64,000 nt of DNA, taken from Alphaproteobacteria bacterium (GTDB lineage Bacteria > Pseudomonadota > Alphaproteobacteria > RF32 > CAG-239). Both the position numbers and the translations under genes were made by a program. Positions 17,872 to 27,559 of the stretch are shown in pieces (the first letter of the stretch is position 1; each line of letters opens with the position of its first letter). The stretch spans positions 4,256-68,255 of the forward strand of contig JAZSQL010000014.1 of NCBI GenBank assembly GCA_045537965.1, written 5' to 3'. The notes beneath the pieces are model-generated. The model ran no database searches and was not told the DNA's origin. It saw only the letters and a program-made list of their open reading frames with translations.

Positions 17872-20086
17872 AATGGAAGAAAAAATAAAAACAGTTGGTT
17901 TAGCTGAAGAACTTAGTAGTCGTTATTTATCTTATGCAATGTCAACCATTGTGTCGCGCTCATTGCCAGATGTTAGAGATGGTTTGAAGCCTGTGCATCG
18001 TAGGTTGATGTACGCTATGCGACAATTGCATTTGGATCCTAAGTCAGGGTTTAAAAAGTGTGCTCGTGTTGTTGGTGATGTTATCGGTAAATATCACCCC
18101 CATGGTGATAGCTCTGTTTATGGGGCTATGTGTCGTTTGGCTCAGGATTTTTCGGTTAGATATCCATTGGTAGATGGGCAGGGTAATTTTGGCAATATTG
18201 ATGGCGATAGTCCAGCTGCAATGCGTTATACTGAAGCAAGGTTGACAGAATATGCTATTGCATTGATGGAAGGTTTAAATGAAGATGCTGTCGATTTTAG
18301 AGATACTTATGATGGAGAAGAGCAAGAACCTGTAGTTATGCCTGGTGCTGTGCCTAATTTGTTATGTAATGGTTCAAATGGTATTGCTGTGGGTATGGCC
18401 ACAAATATTCCTCCTCATAATTTGGCGGAAGTTTGTGATGCGCTTTTGTTAATGATTGATAAGCCTGATTCTACAATTGAAAGTTTAGTTCGTAAGATTA
18501 AAGGACCTGATTTTCCAACAGGTGGAATTATTGTAGATAAATTTGCAACAATCTTAGATGCGTATACTACAGGTAAAGGTAATTTTAGAATTCGTGCTAA
18601 ATGGGAAAAAGAAGATCTTGGTATGGGACAATATCAGATTGTGATTACAGAAATTCCATATCAGGTAGTGAAATCTAAATTGATAGAGCGAATAGCTCTG
18701 TTGTTGCAAGAGAAAAAAGTTCCTTTATTGAATGATGTTAGAGATGAGTCTGCTCAAGATGTGCGTATTGTGTTAGAACCCAAAAATCGCAATGTTGATG
18801 CTAACATGTTGATGGAGCTTTTATTTAAAAATACCGAATTAGAGTCCAAATTCAATATGAATATGAATGTGCTAGATTCTGATGGTGTCCCTAGAGTTAT
18901 GAGTATTGCAGAAGTTTTGCGTGAATATCTAAACCATCGTATAAAAGTTTTAGAGAGACGTACAAATCATCGATTGCAAAAAATCATTAATAGATTAGAG
19001 ATATTATCTGGTTATTTGGTGGCGTATCTTAATTTGGATGAGATAATTAGGATTATTCGTGAAGAAGATGAGCCTAAAGTTAAGATGATGCAGACCTTTT
19101 CATTAAGCGAAATTCAAGCAGAATCTATTTTGAATATGAAATTAAGAAATCTGCGCAAATTAGAAGAAGCTGATATTAGAAAAGAATTTGATGATTTAAC
19201 ATCTGAAAAAGCTCAATTAGACTCTTTAATGGCTGATGAAAATTTACGTTGGCAAAAAGTAGCTGAGGAAATCAAAATTATTAAAGAAAAGTTTGGTAAG
19301 AAAACAGCTCTGGGTCGTAGACGTACAGAATTTGCTGAAGTAGACCTTGATAATATAGATATTTCGATAGAAGCACTGGTTGAAAAGGAGCCGATTACTG
19401 TTATTTTATCACAAAAAGGATGGATACGTTGTATGAAGGGCTATGTACCTTTAAATGATGAGTTCAAGTTTAAAGATGATGACAATTTATTATTGGTAAT
19501 TCATGCACAAACGACTGATAAAATTATATTGTTTGATACTGCAGGAAAGTTCTTTAATATTAATGCTTGCGATATTCCTTCAGGACGAGGTTTTGGGCAA
19601 CCTTTAAGGCTTATGATAGATTTAGGTAATAATGATACAATTACAGATATGTTTGTGTTTGAACCTAAAGCAAGTTATGTAGTTGCTTCTAATAAAGGAT
19701 ATGGTTTTATTGTTGATGAAAATCATATTATAGCTCAGACAAGGCAAGGACGAAAGATTATGAATGTTGCCGAAGGTGAGCATACAATGTTTTGTCGAAA
19801 AGTTACAGGAGATATGATTGCTCTTGTTGGTGATAATCGTAAGATTTTAGTCTTTAAAATGGAAGAGATTCCAACGATTGCAAGAGGACATGGTGTTTGT
19901 TTGCAAAAGTATAAAGATGGTGGTCTAAGTGATATGCAAATATTTAATGAGGTGGATGGATTTTGCTATAATAGGTCTGGTGGTGTCAGTGTTGAAAAGG
20001 ACTTAATGACATGGCTTGGGCATAGAGCTCAGATTGGTAAATTGGCACCTTTTGGATTTTCGAAAAACAACAAATTTTTGAAGTAA
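17864..20086 (+). CDS. parC: DNA topoisomerase IV subunit A
   Basis: [49 protein letters not shown], active-site [10 protein letters not shown]. The 740-aa length and absence of a GyrA box favour ParC over GyrA. Confidence 0.85.
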   Translation: MPEMEEKIKTVGLAEELSSRYLSYAMSTIVSRSLPDVRDGLKPVHRRLMYAMRQLHLDPKSGFKKCARVVGDVIGKYHPHGDSSVYGAMCRLAQDFSVRYPLVDGQGNFGNIDGDSPAAMRYTEARLTEYAIALMEGLNEDAVDFRDTYDGEEQEPVVMPGAVPNLLCNGSNGIAVGMATNIPPHNLAEVCDALLLMIDKPDSTIESLVRKIKGPDFPTGGIIVDKFATILDAYTTGKGNFRIRAKWEKEDLGMGQYQIVITEIPYQVVKSKLIERIALLLQEKKVPLLNDVRDESAQDVRIVLEPKNRNVDANMLMELLFKNTELESKFNMNMNVLDSDGVPRVMSIAEVLREYLNHRIKVLERRTNHRLQKIINRLEILSGYLVAYLNLDEIIRIIREEDEPKVKMMQTFSLSEIQAESILNMKLRNLRKLEEADIRKEFDDLTSEKAQLDSLMADENLRWQKVAEEIKIIKEKFGKKTALGRRRTEFAEVDLDNIDISIEALVEKEPITVILSQKGWIRCMKGYVPLNDEFKFKDDDNLLLVIHAQTTDKIILFDTAGKFFNINACDIPSGRGFGQPLRLMIDLGNNDTITDMFVFEPKASYVVASNKGYGFIVDENHIIAQTRQGRKIMNVAEGEHTMFCRKVTGDMIALVGDNRKILVFKMEEIPTIARGHGVCLQKYKDGGLSDMQIFNEVDGFCYNRSGGVSVEKDLMTWLGHRAQIGKLAPFGFSKNNKFLK

Positions 20087-20088
20087 AA

Positions 20089-20268
20089 ATGTCTGAAATT
20101 TTGTTTGAATATGTTAGGCAAGGAAATTTGGTAAAAGTTACAGCTATTGAAGTTGAGACTAAAACAGAGGCAGTGGTCGTAGTTCCAATGGGGTTGTCTG
20201 AGAAAGAAATGCAAATGCGAGCTATGCAAAAACTTTTGTATGTTATGCGGAAAAAAGAGGATAACTAA
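20089..20268 (+). CDS. Small conserved-looking protein (59 aa), absent from the ORF track
   Basis: ATG 2 nt after the parC stop. Product MSEILFEYVRQGNLVKVTAIEVETKTEAVVVVPMGLSEKEMQMRAMQKLLYVMRKKEDN. The pattern (ILFE..G..VKVTAI...T..EV.V.P) resembles a small protein family common in Alphaproteobacteria. The overlapping 96-aa antisense ORF looks like compositional noise. Confidence 0.55.
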   Translation: MSEILFEYVRQGNLVKVTAIEVETKTEAVVVVPMGLSEKEMQMRAMQKLLYVMRKKEDN

Positions 20269-20313
20269 GTAAATAAAGCTTGTGGATAAACGAGCTTTGA
20301 TAGATGAATATAT

Positions 20314-20341
20314 TTCCAATTTTAAAAAATATGCTTATAAT
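20314..20341 (+). promoter_or_regulatory. Candidate sigma70-type promoter for the giant coiled-coil gene
   Basis: TTCCAA (20314-20319), 16-nt spacer, TATAAT (20336-20341). Followed by the stem CAGGGCTT / AAGCCTTG at about 20346-20370. Confidence 0.3.
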
Positions 20342-20398
20342 ACCTCAGGGCTTGTTTTTTAAGCCTTGGGGAATTTTTATTTATGGGGAATAATTTTG

Positions 20399-23300
20399 AT
20401 GTCTAATCGAACAGCTGATAATGGCAGTAATGTTACTGTTTTGCCGCAGTTTATGAAAGAAAATAATAACTATAATAATTCGATAGAAATAGAAGAGAAA
20501 ACATCATGGCTAAACAATAATTTACACAAATTGATGGTGGGTATTAGTGTTGTTTGGTTCGCAATTGTTTTGGTTTATATTACACAGTTTTTTGGTTGGT
20601 CTAATCTCTTTTTGATGATGCCAGATGAATTTGGTGGTTTTTTGGCAGGAGTAACTTTGCCATTGGCTATTATTTGGGTTGTTATGGCCTATATAGATAG
20701 AGGTTCCTCATTTAAGCAAGAAGCTAAGTTTTTGCGTGCTTATATGAATCAGCTTGTTTATCCAGAAGATAGTGCTCCCCAAACAGCTAAAGCTATGGCC
20801 GATGCTATTCGTTCGCAAGTGGTTGAATTGCAACAAGTTTCTAAATTGGCTCATGAACAGACATCTCAGATTAAAGATGCAATTAAAAACAATGTTGATG
20901 ATTTTGCTAAATTGGTTGGAAAACTTGATAATTATTCAACTAAAACCATCGTTGAATTGAGTGATGGTGTTAAATTTTTGATGGCTAATTTTGAAAATAT
21001 TTTAAATAAGGCTCAGACATCTAGTCAAAATTTTGCGCAAATAAATCGTGAATTTATTGATGGGGGGAATAGTATTGAAAAATCGCTAACAGCAATGTTT
21101 GATAAGCTATTGCCACGTATAAAAGAAATTAATGATATGACTGCTGTATTGAGGGAAGTTGCAACTGGTTCAGCTTTAGACATATCAAAAGCGAATGATA
21201 ATCTTAGAAGTTTTGTTGAAAAAACAGATACAACTTTTGATGATATGAAAAATATGTTGGTTGGACATACAAATTCGTTGAAACAATTGGCTGAACAAGC
21301 AATGGTAAATTGCAATTTGGCTAAGACTACAGTGGCTAAAGAAATTGCCAATATGGAAGATGTTTTGCAAAATCATAGTCAGAAAATGGCGTTAGTTTTA
21401 GAAGAAAGCGGACAAGAATTTAAAGAAAAAACAGAGATAGCTACTAAAAATGCGTTAGAAAGTATTGCTGTTATTAACCAAAATGTTAAAGAAGGGCTCG
21501 ATAGTGTTGATGGGGCTGTAGATTTACAAATTCAGAAAATTGATACAGCATTGGCTAAACATAATCGTGATTTGACCGCTTTTGTAAAAGTTTTGGATGA
21601 AAAAGCGGAAGGTGTAAATAAAAAATTTGCAGTTCATAGTGAGATAGTTGGACAAGAACTTGATAGATTGATGGTTAGAAGTTCTAATTTGGAAGATGCT
21701 TTGGCAATGCAAGTTAATAATCTTAATGGTATTTCTGATAAAGCTATAGCTTCTATCCAAGATGTTGAAAATGCCTTAGCCAATAGTGTTGTTAGCTTAG
21801 ATGAAAAAGTGTTGGCTGCAAATGGCGATATTTTGTCTTATGTTGATACTTTGAATGAAAAAGCTTCAGAATTTGAAAAAATTAGTGAAGAAAGTACTGA
21901 TAAAGTTATTGAATTGACAGATGTGTTAAATAAACGTTATGCAGATTTGCAAAAGGGTGTTGCTAGTGGAATAAACCAATTGCAACAGGTTGATAAAGAA
22001 ATTGATGAAGCAACAGAGAACTTGATGGTTCAGACTGCTCAGTCGGTTGAAAGTATTAATCAAGTTGCTTCGTTAATGCAAAAACATACTAATAGTTTGA
22101 CAGAAGCTTCATCAATTGTGGTAACACAAAGTCAGATTAGTGAAGTTTCGTTGGCACAACAACAAAAACATATTACTGATACGGCTGCTCGTGTTGAAGA
22201 AATTAAGAATGAACTTAAAAGACAAATAGATGAGTTGTCTGAGGCGTCGGGAAGTTTAGAAAAAGATGCTGTTAATGTTTTAGAGATGTTGAAATCTAAT
22301 ATTGCTAAAATGTTAGCTAGTTGTAACGAGACAATAAATAAGAGTAAAATGATTAATGATAATTTGGCTGAACAAGCAAATCAATTTGATACTTCAGCTA
22401 ATCGTACAATGACAAAAGTTACTCAGTTTGAAAATGTCTTAATTAAACAATCTCAAAACATGGAAACTTTAGCAAATAATATAAGTGAAAAAACGGATAT
22501 TATAGCTAAAACTTTAGAAGAGCATACGCAAAAGCTTGATGAAACAACAAATAATTCAGAGAGTGTTTTGGCTAAGTCAATTAATGAGTTTGAAAATAAG
22601 AGTGATGCTATTAACGAAGTTGCAAAGACTGCAGCCGAATATATTAGTAATACAATTGAAGGACTTGATGATAAGGTTTCAACTTTAAATATTTTATTCC
22701 GTCAGCAAGAGGCCGATTTTTATGCGTATTGTGAAAAGGTTTCTGAAAATACAAATCGTATGGCTGAAATTCTTAAAAAACAAATAACAGGTGTAGAAGA
22801 GGGAGCCGATAAGCTATTTGCACGACTGGTTGTTTTGGAAGAAGATACAGGACGTAAGGCTGAAACTGTAGTTGCAAACTCGCAAAAATCTATTCAAGAA
22901 TTGGCTGAAGTTGAGAAAATGTTGGCTGAAAAACATAGTTTGGCAGAGAAAACTGTTGATGACACAATAGTTAAGCTTACATCTATTGGTGATGCTGTAA
23001 AACAACATTTAGAAGAATTTGATGCTACGGTTGTTTCTATGAAAAATAATGTGGGTGAATCTTTACAAGGTTTGTCTGATGGAACGGAAAAAATGCAATC
23101 ACTTCATGATGACTTGATAAAAAATGGGGATGTTGTTTGGAAAAGACTTAGCGAACAAACTACCTATATGGAAAATATGGGTATTAAGTTGGTATCGCAG
23201 GGTGAGAATATTGCAAATATGCTAGAATTGCAAAAAAATAATATTTCTGAAGTAGTTAATACTTTAGCTACCCAAGCTCGTTTGGGTGAAGCTTCAATGG

Positions 23301-24583
23301 CTCAACAATTCAAATATTTAACCGATGCAACGGTTGATGTTGCTACAAAAATGCAGGAAATCAATGCATCATTTAAGGAAAATACTGGAAATATTTTTGA
23401 TACAACGACCAAGTTATCTTATGAATTTGATGTTTTGGGAGATAGGTTATTAAAAGCGTGTGATGCTATTAATAAAGCAGCAAAAGATTCGGTTAAGAGT
23501 ATTGATCAGACAAGTTTGAGATTAAATCAATGTAGCGAAGATTTAGATACAACGATTTATCATTCTGTTGAAAATATTAATGGTGTATTCAACGAATATG
23601 AAAAATATTTGGCAGGATTTAATACTATTACAGCAGAAACATCTACAGGTGTGGTCGAAATTAACAATTTGATTTCAGCACAGAGTAATAAAATGGTTCA
23701 AATTTCTGAAGATACTAAAAAATTGGTGGATTGTTTCAATACAGTTTTGAATGATACGTCTAATAAATTGGCTGATAGAGCAAATGATGCCTATGATAAA
23801 GTTAGAGGTTTAGGACAAGATTTGAAAAAACTTGGCATAGAGATGGATGAAGCAGCTAAACTTAGTGCTACTCATTTAGAAAAATCTGGAGATAAATTAA
23901 GAGCTACAATAAATGAAATAGCAGCCAATGCTGAGCGTATTTCTAATAGTATTTTATCTTCAGGTGATGTTTTTGTAAAACAATCACAGGCATTGACAGC
24001 TTTAGCTGATGATACAGCGGGAAAAGTTAATCAAAGTGTTAGCAACTTGGTTGATGCAGGGAAATCATTTGAGATACAAGGACAAAGTATTGTTAAAGAA
24101 AGTATTCGTTTTAATGATACTGTTAATACTCAAACTAAAATATTGAATGATAATGTTGTAAAAGCAGACAAAGCAATGAAAGGATTGTCTGTTGCATATA
24201 AAGATGTAAAAGTAGACACTTTCCTTAATGATGCAGCTAAAATTATAACATCTTTGGAAAGTGTTTCTGTTGATATAAATCGTTTGTTAAATCCCAAAGA
24301 TGAGGAAGATTTGTGGAAGAAGTTTTATAATGGCGATACTCAGGTATTTATAAGATCAATTGCTAAAAACATGAATAATTCTCAAGTTAATATGTTGCGT
24401 AAAGAATTTGAAAAAAATGAAGATCTTAGAAAACTTGTTAATACCTATATGAAGGAATTTGAAATATTGGTTGACAAATCAAAGACACATGAGCATGCAG
24501 CAGCATTGATGGCAGTTATTTCTGGAGCAGATTTAGGTAAATTGTACTATATTTTAGCTAAAGCTATGAATAAACTTAACTAA
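20399..24583 (+). CDS. Giant membrane-anchored alpha-helical / coiled-coil protein (~1394 aa)
   Basis: Two N-terminal TM helices (LMVGISVVWFAIVLVYITQFFGW, FGGFLAGVTLPLAIIWVVMAYI), then >1200 aa of Pro-free, Gln/Glu/Lys/Asn-rich helical sequence. A distinct C-terminal block follows (DLWKKFYNGDTQVFIRSIAK...GADLGKLYYILAKAM). ATG at 20399 is preferred to the track TTG at 20366. Confidence 0.6.
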   Translation: MSNRTADNGSNVTVLPQFMKENNNYNNSIEIEEKTSWLNNNLHKLMVGISVVWFAIVLVYITQFFGWSNLFLMMPDEFGGFLAGVTLPLAIIWVVMAYIDRGSSFKQEAKFLRAYMNQLVYPEDSAPQTAKAMADAIRSQVVELQQVSKLAHEQTSQIKDAIKNNVDDFAKLVGKLDNYSTKTIVELSDGVKFLMANFENILNKAQTSSQNFAQINREFIDGGNSIEKSLTAMFDKLLPRIKEINDMTAVLREVATGSALDISKANDNLRSFVEKTDTTFDDMKNMLVGHTNSLKQLAEQAMVNCNLAKTTVAKEIANMEDVLQNHSQKMALVLEESGQEFKEKTEIATKNALESIAVINQNVKEGLDSVDGAVDLQIQKIDTALAKHNRDLTAFVKVLDEKAEGVNKKFAVHSEIVGQELDRLMVRSSNLEDALAMQVNNLNGISDKAIASIQDVENALANSVVSLDEKVLAANGDILSYVDTLNEKASEFEKISEESTDKVIELTDVLNKRYADLQKGVASGINQLQQVDKEIDEATENLMVQTAQSVESINQVASLMQKHTNSLTEASSIVVTQSQISEVSLAQQQKHITDTAARVEEIKNELKRQIDELSEASGSLEKDAVNVLEMLKSNIAKMLASCNETINKSKMINDNLAEQANQFDTSANRTMTKVTQFENVLIKQSQNMETLANNISEKTDIIAKTLEEHTQKLDETTNNSESVLAKSINEFENKSDAINEVAKTAAEYISNTIEGLDDKVSTLNILFRQQEADFYAYCEKVSENTNRMAEILKKQITGVEEGADKLFARLVVLEEDTGRKAETVVANSQKSIQELAEVEKMLAEKHSLAEKTVDDTIVKLTSIGDAVKQHLEEFDATVVSMKNNVGESLQGLSDGTEKMQSLHDDLIKNGDVVWKRLSEQTTYMENMGIKLVSQGENIANMLELQKNNISEVVNTLATQARLGEASMAQQFKYLTDATVDVATKMQEINASFKENTGNIFDTTTKLSYEFDVLGDRLLKACDAINKAAKDSVKSIDQTSLRLNQCSEDLDTTIYHSVENINGVFNEYEKYLAGFNTITAETSTGVVEINNLISAQSNKMVQISEDTKKLVDCFNTVLNDTSNKLADRANDAYDKVRGLGQDLKKLGIEMDEAAKLSATHLEKSGDKLRATINEIAANAERISNSILSSGDVFVKQSQALTALADDTAGKVNQSVSNLVDAGKSFEIQGQSIVKESIRFNDTVNTQTKILNDNVVKADKAMKGLSVAYKDVKVDTFLNDAAKIITSLESVSVDINRLLNPKDEEDLWKKFYNGDTQVFIRSIAKNMNNSQVNMLRKEFEKNEDLRKLVNTYMKEFEILVDKSKTHEHAAALMAVISGADLGKLYYILAKAMNKLN

Positions 24584-24600
24584 AAATAGGAAAATGTAAC

Positions 24601-24933
24601 GTGTCGAGTAAGCCTGTTAATAATCAACTAGACCATTTGCAAAGACAAATAGCTGATGTTGTAGCAAAAATTAGGCAAAAACAACATGCTAAAAATTTTG
24701 AATTTGAGGCAGATGTTTATGAGCTTAAACTTCGTCCTTTATCAAAGGTTGAAGGTCAAGTTTATAATCTTGTTGATAATGAAGCTGCTTATTCTCTTTT
24801 GGGACAAAATATTCCAGCAGATAGTGGATATGTAACGGATGCTTATAATATAGTCAGTAGAACGGATGGAAAATCAACAGTAGTTGAGGGATTGGTTTTT
24901 GAAAATAATCGTGAATTTGATTTTAAGGTGTAG
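24601..24933 (+). CDS. Hypothetical protein (110 aa), abutting dusB
   Basis: GTG start after AGGAAAA. Its stop TAG is immediately followed by the dusB ATG. No recognisable motif. Confidence 0.4.
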   Translation: MSSKPVNNQLDHLQRQIADVVAKIRQKQHAKNFEFEADVYELKLRPLSKVEGQVYNLVDNEAAYSLLGQNIPADSGYVTDAYNIVSRTDGKSTVVEGLVFENNREFDFKV

Positions 24934-25899
24934 ATGTCAATAAATGGATTAAAAAGTAAAGTGTTTTTAGCACCAATGGCAGGTATTACAGATAAACCAA
25001 TGCGTCAGTTAGTGCATTCGCTTGGTGGTGGTAATATTGTATCTGAAATGGTGGCTATTAACGCATTGTCGAGAAAGAATCCTAAAACTTATCGTGTTGC
25101 TGATGTACGAGACGAAAATTATCCAGTTATAGTTCAATTAGTTGGAGGAATTCCGGATTTATTTGCAAATTCAGCTAAGTTTGCTGAAGAATTGGGAGCG
25201 TATTCAATTGATATAAATATGGGATGTCCAGTTAAAAAAATTGTAAACAACAAATCTGGTTCGTATCTTATGAAAGATGTTAGTTTGGCAGCTGATATTA
25301 TTAAAAAGGTTAAAGAAAATACCAATCTTCCAGTTAGTGTTAAATTTCGTAAAGGGTGGGATAATAATAGTGTTAATGCTGTTGAGTTTGCTAAGATGTG
25401 TGAGGATTGTGGAGCATCATATATAACAATTCATGGTAGAACAAGGTCTGATTTTTATTCTGGAAGTGCTGATTGGGATATTATTGCAGAAGTTAAACAA
25501 GCTGTGAAAATTCCTGTTGTTGGTAATGGCGATATTGATAGTCCTAAAAAAGCAAAGGATATGATTGATTATACTGGTGTTGATGGCGTAATGATTGGAC
25601 GAGCAACTTTGGGTAATCCATGGTTAATATCTCAGATACATAATTACTTAGAAAAAGGAATAGAACCAGAAAATATAACAATTAATATTGTAAAAGAGAC
25701 ATTAATTAACCATATAAAAAAGTTACAAGAATATTATGGTGATAGATTGGCATTAGGTTTGTCTAGGAAATATGTTTGTTGGTATTGTAAAAATTTGCGT
25801 GATGCTCGTAAATTTCGAGAAACGTATGTAAGAATTGATAATATGGAACAAGCTATGGCTGAAATTGATAAGTTTTTTGTTGATGACGTTTTAAAATAG
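24934..25899 (+). CDS. dusB: tRNA-dihydrouridine synthase B (NifR3 family)
   Basis: LAPMAGITDKPMRQL, DINMGCPVKK, ITIHGRTR, GNGDI, VDGVMIGRATLGNPW. Confidence 0.9.
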   Translation: MSINGLKSKVFLAPMAGITDKPMRQLVHSLGGGNIVSEMVAINALSRKNPKTYRVADVRDENYPVIVQLVGGIPDLFANSAKFAEELGAYSIDINMGCPVKKIVNNKSGSYLMKDVSLAADIIKKVKENTNLPVSVKFRKGWDNNSVNAVEFAKMCEDCGASYITIHGRTRSDFYSGSADWDIIAEVKQAVKIPVVGNGDIDSPKKAKDMIDYTGVDGVMIGRATLGNPWLISQIHNYLEKGIEPENITINIVKETLINHIKKLQEYYGDRLALGLSRKYVCWYCKNLRDARKFRETYVRIDNMEQAMAEIDKFFVDDVLK

Positions 25900-25912
25900 A
25901 GGAATATTTCAA

Positions 25913-27271
25913 ATGAAAATTATCGTTTGTGGTGCAGGTCAGGTGGGGAAAAGTGTTGTTAGTTATCTAGTAAAAGGAAATAATGATATTACAGTAGTTG
26001 ATGACAACATGCTCGATTTGGATGAAATTGCTAAAGAGTTTGATGTATTACCTGTTTATGGAAAGCCTTCGCATCCTGATGTTTTAGAAAAAGCTGGAGC
26101 TAAAAATTGTGATATGATTTTGGCTGTAACGGATGTTGATGAAGTAAATATGGTCGTTTGTCAATTGGCATATAGTTTGTTTGCAATTCCTAAAAAGATA
26201 GCAAGTGTTAATAGCCAAACATTTACCGATCCTTTGTGGGGCATGTTATATAATGATAAACATTTGCCTATAGATTTGTTGATATCTCCAGATATTGATA
26301 TTGCTGAACAGATCTTGAAAATTTTACAATATCCTGGTTGTGCAGGTATTTTACCTATTTTTGATAAAAAGTATTATATTATGACGCTTAATATTAATGA
26401 TAAGTGTCCTTTGTTAGGAATCCCTTTATTACAAATTGAAAAAGCAGATGAAAGTTTAAATATTGGTTTTGTAAATATTATAAGAAATGATATTAGCTTT
26501 TTGCCTGATATGTACGAAACTCTGCAAGCTGGAGATCAGATTAATATTTTGGTAAAAGCTGATGAAGTGTATAATACAATTTCGTCATTTGGTCTAGAAA
26601 AACCTGCAAATGAACGTTTGGTTATATTTGGAGGTAATGAGATATCAGAATATCTTGGCGCTGAATTTGAGGAAGATGATACTATTGTATCGTGTCGCTT
26701 AGTTGAAGAAAAATTAGATAAAGCTCGCATGTTGGCTCGAAATCTTAATCATGTTGTGGTTATTCATGGCGAAATGATGAGTGATATTATATTGAAAGAG
26801 GCTGATATAGCTTACGCTGATGCGGCTATAGCACTGACTGAAAATGATAAAGATAATTTATTGGCATCATTGTTGGCTTCAAAAAATGGTGTTGGAACAA
26901 CAATTTCTGTAATTAATACACCATCGTATAATAATTTAATGTTTAATATTACAGATAATATTTTAGTTGATAGAAGTGCTATAACAATTTCTCGTATCTT
27001 AAAAGAAATTCGCAAAGCTAAGTTACATGAAGCGTATTCTATAGCTAGAGGAATGGGAGAAATATGGGAAATTAGATTGGGTGAAGAAACAGCTTGTGGG
27101 CGTAAGAAAATTGGTGAGCTTAATTTGCCTAAAATGTGTCGTGTATTTGCATTGTTGCGAGGAGAAAATCTAATTTATCCTGATCCTACAACAAAATTAG
27201 AAATAGGGGATTTGATTTTGGCTTATGTTGATTCTGGAATGATTAAACAAGCTGAACAAATTTTTTGTTAA
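25913..27271 (+). CDS. trkA: Trk potassium uptake system NAD-binding protein
   Basis: 452 aa. MKIIVCGAGQVGKSV Rossmann motif and a second RCK half. Confidence 0.85.
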   Translation: MKIIVCGAGQVGKSVVSYLVKGNNDITVVDDNMLDLDEIAKEFDVLPVYGKPSHPDVLEKAGAKNCDMILAVTDVDEVNMVVCQLAYSLFAIPKKIASVNSQTFTDPLWGMLYNDKHLPIDLLISPDIDIAEQILKILQYPGCAGILPIFDKKYYIMTLNINDKCPLLGIPLLQIEKADESLNIGFVNIIRNDISFLPDMYETLQAGDQINILVKADEVYNTISSFGLEKPANERLVIFGGNEISEYLGAEFEEDDTIVSCRLVEEKLDKARMLARNLNHVVVIHGEMMSDIILKEADIAYADAAIALTENDKDNLLASLLASKNGVGTTISVINTPSYNNLMFNITDNILVDRSAITISRILKEIRKAKLHEAYSIARGMGEIWEIRLGEETACGRKKIGELNLPKMCRVFALLRGENLIYPDPTTKLEIGDLILAYVDSGMIKQAEQIFC

Positions 27272-27277
27272 AAATCT

Positions 27278-27307
27278 TTGACAGTATAAAAAAAATGTTA
27301 TTAGAAT
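27278..27307 (+). promoter_or_regulatory. Candidate promoter for hfq
   Basis: TTGACA (27278-27283), 18-nt spacer, TAGAAT (27302-27307), about 40 nt upstream of the hfq ATG. Confidence 0.4.
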
Positions 27308-27348
27308 GTAATTATGACAAAATAATAAATTAATAAGGATGAAGACCG

Positions 27349-27552
27349 ATGAGTGAAAATAATAATTTTTTAGAAAAAATAAAAAACGAGAAGATTTCGG
27401 TTACTGTTTTTTTGGTGAATGGTGTTAAATTACAAGGTATTATTACTTCGTTTGATGATACAACGTTGTTGTTGCGTAGGGATGGACATACTCAGTTAAT
27501 TTATAAGCATGCTATTTCTACAATTATGCCAGGCGAATCTGTTGAGATATAA
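27349..27552 (+). CDS. hfq: RNA chaperone Hfq
   Basis: Sm1/Sm2 pattern [44 protein letters not shown]. Confidence 0.95.
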   Translation: MSENNNFLEKIKNEKISVTVFLVNGVKLQGIITSFDDTTLLLRRDGHTQLIYKHAISTIMPGESVEI

Positions 27553-27559
27553 GTAAAAA

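Noticed and set aside
20029-20319. 96-aa minus-strand ORF between parC and the giant gene.
   Set aside because: Its Phe/Leu/Asn/His-rich composition is typical of antisense frames in AT-rich DNA. It overlaps the parC 3' end and a better-supported 59-codon plus-strand gene.
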